This document shows, piece after piece, positions 26,081 through 36,400 of a DNA stretch of 64,000 bases (positions are counted from its first letter, which is position 1; every line of letters starts with the position of its first letter). Origin of the DNA: a virus; the IMG/VR virus record IMGVR_UViG_3300028844_005393, positions 1-64,000 of that record; one strand, written 5' to 3'. Under the pieces are notes generated by a model. The model was not told the origin of the DNA, searched no databases, and saw only the letters and a program-made list of their open reading frames with translations. The position numbers and the translations under genes were made by a program.

Positions 26081-28792
26081 ATGGCAAGTAAAGATTCAAA
26101 TTGTAAGGCCTGTGAAAAGAACTCCGGGAGTTCATCGCAATCTCAAATTGCTGGATTTGCATCAAACAATAACATGACAGGTGCACTTACCGCATCATTC
26201 GGAATGGCAGTTGACGGTGGAACTGCGGGAAAACTTGGTTCTCACTTTGGAGGAAAGTCTTCGGGTGACTTAATGAAGTTCATAGAAACACCTGGGAGCA
26301 ATAAACAAAAAAGAGGAATGTCATCTGGACAAAAAAGCAAACACCTCATAAACTCTGTGGGACTTGGTAACTTTGGATTAAACTCTACACTAGAAAAGGG
26401 TATAATCGGATCTGTGGGGTCTGCTCGTGGTAACTCTTCATCGTTTTTAAAAGGAGACGCAACGGGTGCCTCAATGATAGCTGCATCTGCATTGGGTGTG
26501 GATATACCAAACGCAGATATGTTAGGAATAGGACCAAACGACACCCCAATGTTTAAATTATTCAAACTTGCCGGTTTTGGACTAAAGATGTTGTGTGGTC
26601 AATTAAAGGGAAAACAAAAAGGGGGTCCTGGGGGTTACACATCCGACACAGAATCCGCACTGGGTTTACTTCTATCCATTGGAATTAATTTAGATTTATT
26701 ATTTAGACTAAAAGCAATCTTCGATAAATTGATGAACTTAAAACCAAACTTTGGAATGTTTGGAATTCAAGATTTAAACATTGCAGATGGATTATTTAAT
26801 TTATGTGATTGGGTTGAAAATATGGAATACGGTTCGGATACAGTTGATAGTTTCCGAAAAACTTTTTCTAATATGATGACCAACAAGGGTTTGACTGAAG
26901 CAGTAGGAAAAAATCTAATTTCAAACGGAACATACGACACATACGCCGCAAATGATTTTGGGTTTGATCAACAATTCAAATCAATTGCAGGTGATATTGA
27001 TATGTTAAAATGCGATGCTTGTAACTTTGGTAAAACCGACATACAACTATCTCAAGGAAATGAAGCAATTGCTCAATTAGAATTTGATCCAAGAACAGGA
27101 TTAAATAGAGACAAGGGATACAATATAACACCAACCGAGGAACTTGGAAAAACAATGAACACGGGTGGTGGTTCATCAAATGATGTAACGGGTTCCATAA
27201 GTGCCTCCGCATCAGGGGGGGTTCAGTCATCAATTAGTAAAACAGGTATAACAGGACCAACTGGAAGTGCGGGTGTTTCTGGATCAACAGGATCGTCTAT
27301 TAAAGGAAGAAGTACGACTAATATAACAGAAAAATCAGCAAGTCGTGGATACGATGGGTTTACGGGTTCTACTGAAAATCAATCTAACAACCAAGATGTA
27401 TCAAATTTAAATAAATCATTGGGTGGTGGTAACACCGCATCTCAAACAAAATCTGGTATAAGTTATACATCAATTAATCCTTCAATTGAATTTGTTGATG
27501 ATAAAAAAACGCAGAAAACTTTAAGTGATCAACAATCTCAACAAACTACGTCAACTGATAATATTAAAAAAGAAATTTCGGTTGAGGAAACTAAATACTC
27601 ACAAAAATCAATTTCAACCCAGATTGGTGAATCTAATCAAAAAACAAAACCAACACAATCTTCGGAAAATAAAACGGATTCAAACAAACCAAAATCAATC
27701 AAAGAACAACTCGGTGAAGATTCTGATGAAGATGAAGAGGAAAGAATATCCACTTCAATAGATGAAACAAAAGTAAAATCAGACTCAAGTAAAATTGATA
27801 AAAGTTCAAATAAAACTTCATCGCAAAATGAAGACGAACTGGAGAGGGAAATTAAACAAGATAAAACAAGGTCACACCAAGTCAGAAAAGAAGAAAAAGA
27901 AACAGATGCAAGTGACGAAGATAAAAGTGATCCAAAAAACGCAAAGAAAAATGCCGGAGTAACTTATGAATCAGAAAACAAAAGTGTAGTATATGATACA
28001 TACACAGATGATAGTGGTGACATCAAAGAAGATAAATATGAGAAAAAAGATGGAGATAAAAACTTTAAGAAAACTGAAAGCAAAACAATACAGAAAAAAC
28101 CAGCAGGTGGTCCTCCTGCCGATGCAGATGCCGATGAAGTAACCTCGTTTCACACGGGAGAAACAATTAAACGAGAAGAACTCAAAGGAACCGTTTTGGA
28201 AAATGCAGACATGAATGCGGTTGGTTTGATACACCCAAACGATTTAAAAAATCTAAAAGACACAGAGAAAGTGCAAAAAACTCTAGCAGATGCGGAAAAG
28301 GTGTATGATAAAACATTTGCAACTGAAATTGAAAAAACAGAAAATCTGGTTTTATCGGAACAATCTGACGGAATTATATTCGGTGCTCAACTTCCAACAC
28401 TAAACGGAAACCAAATAGTGATAAACTCAGAACGAGTTTTAATTTCCGCAAAAACACAAGAGTGTGGTATCTTTTCTAAAAGAAAGTTTTTTGTATCAAC
28501 GGATGATGAAATTACAATGAATGCAAAGCAACGAATTGTTTTGAAAACTGATATGCACACATCAATAGAATCACCAACAATTCACTTGGGTGTTTATACA
28601 ACAAGAAACCACCCGTCACTTAAAGGTGATTGCACAGTTTGGTGGTTGCAAGATTTGTGCGATTGGTTAGCAGGTCATACACATAGTGACCCGTGGGTGA
28701 CCACAGGAACACCAACTCAACAAGGTTCGCTGGCAGCTTTAAGAGCAAGAGCACCAACTTTATTGAGTGAACGAATATTTATATCTGGATAG
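26081..28792 (+). CDS. Spike-like C-terminal domain preceded by about 760 aa of Gly/Ser-rich and charged low-complexity sequence
   Basis: GNQIVINSERVLISAK beta rungs, IHLG, LKGD, HTH (HxH apex motif of phage spikes). Confidence 0.6.
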   Translation: MASKDSNCKACEKNSGSSSQSQIAGFASNNNMTGALTASFGMAVDGGTAGKLGSHFGGKSSGDLMKFIETPGSNKQKRGMSSGQKSKHLINSVGLGNFGLNSTLEKGIIGSVGSARGNSSSFLKGDATGASMIAASALGVDIPNADMLGIGPNDTPMFKLFKLAGFGLKMLCGQLKGKQKGGPGGYTSDTESALGLLLSIGINLDLLFRLKAIFDKLMNLKPNFGMFGIQDLNIADGLFNLCDWVENMEYGSDTVDSFRKTFSNMMTNKGLTEAVGKNLISNGTYDTYAANDFGFDQQFKSIAGDIDMLKCDACNFGKTDIQLSQGNEAIAQLEFDPRTGLNRDKGYNITPTEELGKTMNTGGGSSNDVTGSISASASGGVQSSISKTGITGPTGSAGVSGSTGSSIKGRSTTNITEKSASRGYDGFTGSTENQSNNQDVSNLNKSLGGGNTASQTKSGISYTSINPSIEFVDDKKTQKTLSDQQSQQTTSTDNIKKEISVEETKYSQKSISTQIGESNQKTKPTQSSENKTDSNKPKSIKEQLGEDSDEDEEERISTSIDETKVKSDSSKIDKSSNKTSSQNEDELEREIKQDKTRSHQVRKEEKETDASDEDKSDPKNAKKNAGVTYESENKSVVYDTYTDDSGDIKEDKYEKKDGDKNFKKTESKTIQKKPAGGPPADADADEVTSFHTGETIKREELKGTVLENADMNAVGLIHPNDLKNLKDTEKVQKTLADAEKVYDKTFATEIEKTENLVLSEQSDGIIFGAQLPTLNGNQIVINSERVLISAKTQECGIFSKRKFFVSTDDEITMNAKQRIVLKTDMHTSIESPTIHLGVYTTRNHPSLKGDCTVWWLQDLCDWLAGHTHSDPWVTTGTPTQQGSLAALRARAPTLLSERIFISG

Positions 28793-28805
28793 AAAGGTTA
28801 CAAAA

Positions 28806-29219
28806 ATGAAAAAAAACGATCTAATAAAATTAATAAGAAGTGCAGTAAGAGCAGAACTCAACGAGTGCTTACCAAAAATGTTATCTGAAATAGTAGGCAC
28901 ACAAGCACCTGCCAAGAAAACTAAAGATGACCCACTTGAACTCACAAAAAGTGTTTTAAAGAATGTACAAACTGAAGAAGTTAAAGCAACTAAACCACAA
29001 AAAATCTTCAGTAAAAACGAAGCACTAAATCGTGTTTTAAATGAAACGGTGGGTGGGATACCAGCAGAGGGTTCTAAGGTTGGAAACGGAAATGGCATGA
29101 CTGACCTGCAAGGAAACCAAGTAGATGTAAATGAACTACCTGATCATTTATCCAATGCATTAACTAGAAATTATAGTGATGTATTAAAACTGGTTGATAA
29201 AAAACGAGGTAAAGTTTAA
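28806..29219 (+). CDS. Hypothetical phage protein
   Basis: MKKNDLIKLIRSAVRAEL, LNRVLNET, ALTRNYSDVLK; coupled to gp25. Confidence 0.7.
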   Translation: MKKNDLIKLIRSAVRAELNECLPKMLSEIVGTQAPAKKTKDDPLELTKSVLKNVQTEEVKATKPQKIFSKNEALNRVLNETVGGIPAEGSKVGNGNGMTDLQGNQVDVNELPDHLSNALTRNYSDVLKLVDKKRGKV

Positions 29220-29605
29220 TGAATAGTGATGTTCCATTGGGTATTAAAATTCCTTATGCAAGAGGTCAACGGGGTTTCTTTGATCAAACTTATTCTGATA
29301 TAGAAAGAGCACACACTAATTTAAAAATGTTGCTAATGACTGCAAAGGGAGAAAGACCAATGATGCCAACATACGGAAGTGATTTAAGAAGTTTGTTGTT
29401 TAATCCTGCGGAAACTGAATATGATGAACTTTTAAAAGAAGCAGTATATGATGCAACCGAAAAGTGGATGCCAGAGGTAGTTATAAGAGATGTAGATGTG
29501 GAACGGGACTTATCCAGTGCACCAAACACCGCAATTCTTAAAATTAAATTTTCAATAAACTCAATACCAGACTCATACGAAATAATGGAACTAGAGGTAG
29601 CATAA
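29219..29605 (+). CDS. Baseplate wedge subunit, gp25/GPW family
   Basis: NLKMLLMTAKGERPMMPTYGSDLRSLLF, KWMPEV. Confidence 0.92.
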   Translation: MNSDVPLGIKIPYARGQRGFFDQTYSDIERAHTNLKMLLMTAKGERPMMPTYGSDLRSLLFNPAETEYDELLKEAVYDATEKWMPEVVIRDVDVERDLSSAPNTAILKIKFSINSIPDSYEIMELEVA

Positions 29606-31575
29606 TGGCAAGTGAACTATACAAATCAGCATCGGCTGGAAAAAAAGATATTAAGTATACAGGAAAGGATTTTAATTCTTTTAGAAAAAACTTAGTTGAA
29701 TATGCAAAATCATACTATTCTTCTAGTTATCGTGATTTTAGTGAAAATTCTACTGGTATGATGTTCATAGAACTTGCTAGTTATGTCGGTGATGTTTTAT
29801 CTTATTATATTGACCATCAATTCAAGGAAGGTTTTTTACAATATGCGTCCGAGAGAAAAAACATTATAAGTTTAGCAAATTATTTAGGATACAAAATAAG
29901 AACATCTGTATCAGCAACAACAGAATTAGAAGTGTTTCAACTCGTTCCTTCTAAAATAGGGTTTAGTGGAAAAATGGAACCTGATTTTAGATATGCTCTA
30001 AATATTCAAGAGGGAATGGAAATTTCCTCAAGTGATGGAACTTCCCCATCATTTAGAACATTAAGTCAAATAAACTTTAACGAAGATAAAAAAGACTCAA
30101 TGCGTGAGGTAAGTGTATATGAACGAGATTCAATTGGCCAACCGACCTTTTATTTATTAAAGAAACGATGCTTGGCAAGTGCTGGAACTCTGATGACAAA
30201 AACAATAAGTGTAGGTGAACCAACTGAGTTTTTTGAAGTATTACTATCCGAAACAAATGTAATAGAAATTCTTTCAGTGGAAGATTCTACCGGAAACAAA
30301 TATTATGAAGTTCCATATTTGGCACAAGATACAATTCCGATAGAAGAATCGAATGATTACAAAAATAACCCTTTGTATGCAAAATATTCCGACTCCATTC
30401 CTTATATCCTCAAATACATAAAAACTTCAAGAAGATTTACAACAATAGTAAATTCTGATAATACAACTACTTTAGAGTTTGGTGCTGGTAGTGATAAATT
30501 TGACGATGAAATTATAATTCCAAATTTAAATAATTTAGGTAAAACTGTGAATTCTGCAAAAAGTTTAGAACGTGGAATTGATCCTAGTAATTTCCTTAAA
30601 TCAAATAGTTATGGAACTGCACCTGCGAATACAAGATTGACTATTAAGTATTACATTGGTGGTGGGGTTTCCTCTAATGTAGGAGCAAATACTCTTAATA
30701 CAATTCAAAGTATAAAGTTTCAAGAAACAACAGAATATTTAGATCTATCTGAACAAGCATCGGTTGACACAATTAAATCAAGTGTACAAGTAAACAACCC
30801 ACTTCCTGCAACCGGAGGAAAGTCGGCCGAGACTGATGAAGAAATACGACAAAATGGTTTAGCATCATTTTCCTCACAGCATCGTGCGGTTACACGAGAT
30901 GATTATGTAATTCGTGCTATGTCCATGCCACCAAAGTTTGGAAGCATCGCAAAAGCATATGTTTCCAAAGACGGAATATTAGATACAAAGAGTCAAACAA
31001 ACATATTCAAGGACGCATTTAATGACGAAGTAAAGGTATCACCCAATGGAATGAACATTGTTTATGGAGAATTAAACAATCCACTTGCAATAAATCTTTA
31101 TGTTTTGTCATATAATAAAAACAATCATCTAATAAGACCCAACGAACTAATTTTAAAAAATTTAAAAACTTATTTAGGTAAATATAGAATATTGACAGAT
31201 GGAATTAATATAACAAATGCGTTTATAATAAATTTCGGAATAAACTTTGAAGTATCTGTTTTTGAGAATTTTAATAAAAAAGAAATTTTAATAAATTGTA
31301 TTAACGAATTATCAGATATGTTTACAACTGACAAAGTTTCAATAATGCAACCAATAGAAATGGGTGAGATAGAACTAAAACTATCTAAAGTGTCTGGAGT
31401 TAGATCGGTACTAGATGTACAAGTAAAAAACCTTACAACAGAAGATGGAGATTACTCCGAAAATGAATATGATATAGAAGCAGCCACCGTTGGTAAAACC
31501 ATATATCCATCAATGGACCCTTCTATATTTGAATTAAAATTTCCAGAAAAGGATATAGTTGGAAGGATAATGTAA
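29605..31575 (+). CDS. Baseplate wedge subunit, T4 gp6-like
   Basis: KDFNSFRKNL, DFSENSTGMMFIELASYVGDVLSYY, LEFGAG, GG..AET.EEIR, RAVTRDDY. Confidence 0.92.
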   Translation: MASELYKSASAGKKDIKYTGKDFNSFRKNLVEYAKSYYSSSYRDFSENSTGMMFIELASYVGDVLSYYIDHQFKEGFLQYASERKNIISLANYLGYKIRTSVSATTELEVFQLVPSKIGFSGKMEPDFRYALNIQEGMEISSSDGTSPSFRTLSQINFNEDKKDSMREVSVYERDSIGQPTFYLLKKRCLASAGTLMTKTISVGEPTEFFEVLLSETNVIEILSVEDSTGNKYYEVPYLAQDTIPIEESNDYKNNPLYAKYSDSIPYILKYIKTSRRFTTIVNSDNTTTLEFGAGSDKFDDEIIIPNLNNLGKTVNSAKSLERGIDPSNFLKSNSYGTAPANTRLTIKYYIGGGVSSNVGANTLNTIQSIKFQETTEYLDLSEQASVDTIKSSVQVNNPLPATGGKSAETDEEIRQNGLASFSSQHRAVTRDDYVIRAMSMPPKFGSIAKAYVSKDGILDTKSQTNIFKDAFNDEVKVSPNGMNIVYGELNNPLAINLYVLSYNKNNHLIRPNELILKNLKTYLGKYRILTDGINITNAFIINFGINFEVSVFENFNKKEILINCINELSDMFTTDKVSIMQPIEMGEIELKLSKVSGVRSVLDVQVKNLTTEDGDYSENEYDIEAATVGKTIYPSMDPSIFELKFPEKDIVGRIM

Positions 31576-32813
31576 TGATAAAATTTATTTACCCAGTCGC
31601 AAATTGCACAATGTATAGTAACTACGAAATATTAAATACAGGTGCAGACGAAATTATTGAAATTTCATCCGAGTTCACCCCGAGTTCAGGACCTATGGTA
31701 GCAAGAACTTTGATAAAATTTTCTGATGAAGATATTTTTACAAACTATAAAGAAACAAATTCATATATTCTTAATTTAAAGGTTGTAAAAAGTATAGAAC
31801 TATCAGAAACATCAGAACTAGAAATATTTCCTGTAACACAAGAATGGGATGCCGGTGTTGGTAGATTTGCTGACAAGGAAACAACTTATCCTGGTGCATC
31901 TTGGTTATACAGAAATGAAAAAAATGAACCTTGGGATGGTGGTCAAAATCAAGCCGAGTTTGATCAAGGTGGTGGTTCTTGGTTCTATAAATACTATGAC
32001 ACAGAACTTGAAATAGAGTCTGAATTAAACATGACATACTCTTTCAATAAAGTATCATCTGATGTAAAGGTTAATATCACTAAACTTGTAGATTTTTGGA
32101 ATGCAAATGCAATTGAAAATAATGGAATGTTATTAAAATTTAAAGATGACAAGAGTAAAAGAAACGGAAATGTTAAATTTTTCTCACAAAATACAAACAC
32201 AATATATCGTCCTTACATAGAGATTGGAGTTGATGACTATAAGTTTAGTCCTTTTGTATATAAAACAAAAAATGTGTCGGGTTCTTCGAACACAGGATCA
32301 CTAGAAACAGGATCACTAGAAACAGGATCACTAGAAACAGGATCACTAGAAACAGGATCACTAGAAACAGGATCACTAGAATCTAGTTCATTGGACTCTG
32401 GTTCTGTAAAAATAAAATCACTACCAACTGATATAGAAGAAGTGGAAACCAATGACATAAATGTATTTGTAGAAAATGTAAATGAAACTTATTCTAAATC
32501 TGATATACATAAAATAGTGGTGGGTGTCCGTGAAAAGTATCCAAAGAAAAAATTTACAAACAGAATGAGGTACACAAGTAAAAATATAACTACAAAAAAC
32601 ATTTCTTTTTCAGTATTAGATGCTGAAACGCAAGAAGTAATTATAGATCACTCTGAATATACAAAAATTTCATGCGACAAAAACGGACATTATTTTAAAT
32701 TTAATTTTGATTGCTTATCAAGAGGTCGTATGTATAAGTTTGTTTTACAACTAAATGATGAGGGATTTAGAGTAAAATATGATGACACTAGAACATTTAT
32801 GGTAATAAGTTAA
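31575..32813 (+). CDS. Virion structural protein (DNRLRE-like beta-sandwich plus Ig-like C-terminus)
   Basis: NTGADEIIEI, RTLIKF, W..G.G, VNITKLV..W..NNGMLLK, KFFS..T.TIY.PY. Confidence 0.6.
   Translation: MIKFIYPVANCTMYSNYEILNTGADEIIEISSEFTPSSGPMVARTLIKFSDEDIFTNYKETNSYILNLKVVKSIELSETSELEIFPVTQEWDAGVGRFADKETTYPGASWLYRNEKNEPWDGGQNQAEFDQGGGSWFYKYYDTELEIESELNMTYSFNKVSSDVKVNITKLVDFWNANAIENNGMLLKFKDDKSKRNGNVKFFSQNTNTIYRPYIEIGVDDYKFSPFVYKTKNVSGSSNTGSLETGSLETGSLETGSLETGSLETGSLESSSLDSGSVKIKSLPTDIEEVETNDINVFVENVNETYSKSDIHKIVVGVREKYPKKKFTNRMRYTSKNITTKNISFSVLDAETQEVIIDHSEYTKISCDKNGHYFKFNFDCLSRGRMYKFVLQLNDEGFRVKYDDTRTFMVIS
32292..32381 (+). repeat. Six exact tandem copies of 15-bp ACAGGATCACTAGAA, coding (TGSLE)6
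   Basis: Read directly; no spacers. Confidence 0.97.
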
Positions 32814-32814
32814 T

Positions 32815-33393
32815 ATGAGTGACGCAAGAAACATACCAGAGTATTTAAAAAACGAAGAATTTAATCAAGAAGAATTGATTAGAGTGTTTAAAGGTGACAT
32901 CCAAATAAACGAAAATACAGATGACACCGGAAATCAAATTATTGACATGAACACAGATGACCTGGTTAATAATGTTTCAATTATATCTCAAAGTAGAACC
33001 GAATACTCAAGTGATAAGATAGAACAATCATATGAAACAAATTTTAGTGAACTTTTAAACGAAAGTGAAATAAAAGAAAATATTATGATTGAGGATGACA
33101 TTAAGCAACTTAGTGAGGATCAACTAAAACGAGAAGCAGTTCTCGAAAATCAATTAGACGAACTTTCTAAGGTACTTGAAAGAGAGTCACAGAAAAACAT
33201 AAAGATGCAGGAAGACGCAGAACAAAACTATAAATCAATGAAGTCTGTAATCGTAGAACAACGAATAAAAAACGGAGAAGGAAAGTCCGAGTCAGACTTT
33301 AAAGACTCATTTCCGTTTCTTCCCAAAAATTCATCCAACGCAAAAGACGATACTTCGTTCAATCCATCACCGTATGCAATAGATACTACATAA
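32815..33393 (+). CDS. Acidic coiled-coil hypothetical protein in the baseplate module
   Basis: Clean ORF; FSELL, C-terminal FPFLP. Confidence 0.7.
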   Translation: MSDARNIPEYLKNEEFNQEELIRVFKGDIQINENTDDTGNQIIDMNTDDLVNNVSIISQSRTEYSSDKIEQSYETNFSELLNESEIKENIMIEDDIKQLSEDQLKREAVLENQLDELSKVLERESQKNIKMQEDAEQNYKSMKSVIVEQRIKNGEGKSESDFKDSFPFLPKNSSNAKDDTSFNPSPYAIDTT

Positions 33394-33410
33394 TATAAAA
33401 ACAAAGGGTT

Positions 33411-36400
33411 ATGACAAAGATTTTACAACATACATTTGCTTCATCGGCAGATAATGAAAATAATATACTAAGACATATTAGTTTAAGTTCGGATGACTTT
33501 AATAAAATTAAAGAATCCGAATCAAGTGGCGAGTTGTTTGGGGTAAACTCAAAAGATGTTATAGAGTTTTCTGCATTTACCCAATCAAATGAACTTGTTG
33601 GTTGGAAAACCATTGAACAGGCACCGAGTTATTCAACCAAAAATATTACGCATCTAAATACATCAGGTGAACTAGAAAATAAAACAATTTCTTACTTACA
33701 ATCTTTGTATCCAAAAACAAAAAACGGAGAAGTAATAATTTCTCCTAAACACGAACTCGGTCTGCTTGGAATAGAACAGGGTGAGTATAAAATACGAATT
33801 TCGTACAAAAATGATATAGTTGGTTCGTTTGATAATCCATATAAATTTGAAATAAAAGAAATATCCAGTTCAAGAACAGAGATAAAAGCAGTAGCACAAT
33901 CTTTTAAAAATTCAGTAAATCCGAACCAAGTTTCTTTGAATTTTGAATACTCAAACTTTATTAATAGACGAATTGTAGTAGCACATATACTTGAAAAAAC
34001 TAAAGATTTACTTTTAACAAAATCATTCAAAGACGAACTTGAAACAAAAGAATTTTCAGCAAAAACATCTGACTATGAATTGTATATTGAAAAAACCAAA
34101 AAAGCATTTTCTTTAAGTGAACTTGAGATTCTAACAGAGCTTGATTCAATTTATACAAATCTAAAAGATACATACACTAATTTTTTATACGGAAGTTATA
34201 ATGAGGTATTTACCGAAGGTAGATTTTATACCGAGTTCGTAAATTTAGTTGATTATACACTCAGCACCTTTTCTAGATTTGTACAAGAAGACAACAAAGA
34301 TATTCGTCTTTTTTACAAGTTTATGTTGTTACAAATGTACGATGAAAGTGTAATAACTAATGTATACAAAAAAAGATTTGATACATATCTCAACAATGGA
34401 ATGAACTTTGGAAATGGTTTATATATTCCATTTTTAAGATATACGAGTTACACAGATGATTCTCTTGCGGAAAATTCAAATGATGTATTACTAATAAAAT
34501 TATTAACGCCCTTGGAGGACAATATAGAAGAGGGTGTAAACTTTTATATATCACAAACTCCGTATTCTGATGATATAATAAAAAGTTTGGTATTAAGAAC
34601 AATAGCAGAAAAAAGTTCAAATACATTTAAACTAAGAGGACCGAATATATCCACAAAACTTACATCAAACTCAACAAAGAAATATTCACTCAGTGACGAA
34701 GAAAAAACCGAATCGTTAGGTAGAGATGAAACAAGTGCAGAAAACTTTTTTAAGACCACAAATACCGAAATAGAAAATCTTAATATTGATTATTCTGATT
34801 TTAAAAATTTTGTAAAATACTCATCTGCTCGTTCTAGGTTGGATAACTTTATATTAAAATTAACAAATATTTCTAAGTTAAAGTTTAAAATAAACGAAAC
34901 AATTAGAAATATAAATAAATTAGACAGAGATGTTGCCGAGGGGTTGGTGGGTGCAAATGAAGCAGAGCGTTCCAAAGAAGTATTAAAAAACGAAGACATT
35001 AAAAAATATAATGAATCTATAATAGAAATATTTAAGTCATTTACTCCATACGATAAGTTTTTATACTTTGATGATAATGAAGCAGCCTGGCCACGAGAAA
35101 CTTCATTTCAAATAAGTGGTTTTGTTGGTAAAAATAATTACTTAATTAAAAGTGCAAATGGTTTCTATAAACTTCATGCGTCAAGAAAATATGATATAGA
35201 CAAAGTGTTTATAAACGAAGACAACCATTCGTGGCAAATACGATGGGACGCAATTGTATCCAAATGGAGATTATTCAACGAGGATTCGGATGACTACATT
35301 TACTCAAATAACTCAAACTTAAATTCAGGATTCACGGCATCAGAAACAAATCAAAGTGGATTTGATTCAGAATCTTCATTGTTTAAACTTGGAACACTTG
35401 AAGATGACTACACACAAGGAAAGGCGGTGTTTCCACCCGAATTAATACCGACTACGGTAATTGATTTTCAAAAAACAGAAGGATACAACTGGTATCAAAT
35501 AAAAGCAAAAGAAGCAGATTTATACGATAGATATAACGATGATTCACTTAGAAATAGTATTCCTGAATTTTTGGTAAGAACAAATGAAAATGATGAATTT
35601 ACTTTGTTTTTAGATATGATAGGTGAGCAGTTTGATATATTGTCGGTGTATGCAGAAAATATGCGAGAAGTTTCATATGCAAGAAATTCATTAAACAAGG
35701 GAATTCCTAATCAGTTAGTATGGTTTGTTATGAACTCATTTGGAGTTCGTTTGTCGGGAAGAACCACCGACGACTCTACAATAGGAAAGCAATTTGAAGA
35801 AAATCGTGATATAGTATGGAGACGTATATTAAACAACCTTCCTTATATATTAAAAACAACAGGTACAGAAAACTCAATAAGAGCATTATTTAGATGCTAT
35901 GGTATACCCGATCACCTTTTCAAAATAAGAGAATATGGAGGAATAAACTATAATACAGACACAGAAGACTCAGATGCAAATTTTAAAATAAGTACATTTG
36001 ATTATTCACTCCAAGTTGACGAACCTGATCAGTATTTGCACATTCCAATTGACCTTGGTGAGACGAATACCAACTCGTGTGCATTTGAAATGAAACTAAC
36101 AACACACGCAGAGTTTTTTGAACAAATTCAGGATACAGAAACATTTGACGAACTAAACTCAGGTACATTACCTGCAAATACAGGAACATCAGTAAGTATT
36201 TCTAATTTAATAAACTCGGAAGATGATTACATAATAAACTCTACTTCACCTACATTTTATAGCAAACATAAAGATGAGGTTTCGTTTGTACCTGAAAAAT
36301 GGAAACATACAAAAAGCACAATGGCAATTTCTTGGAAAAACTTCCGAGAAGGTGTTTCGTTTTCATACCCACAAGTAACCGCAGGTAAAGAAGCATCTTT

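Noticed and set aside
32292-32381. Possible CRISPR array
   Set aside because: The 15-bp units abut with no spacers, are in frame within a CDS, and no cas genes are present.
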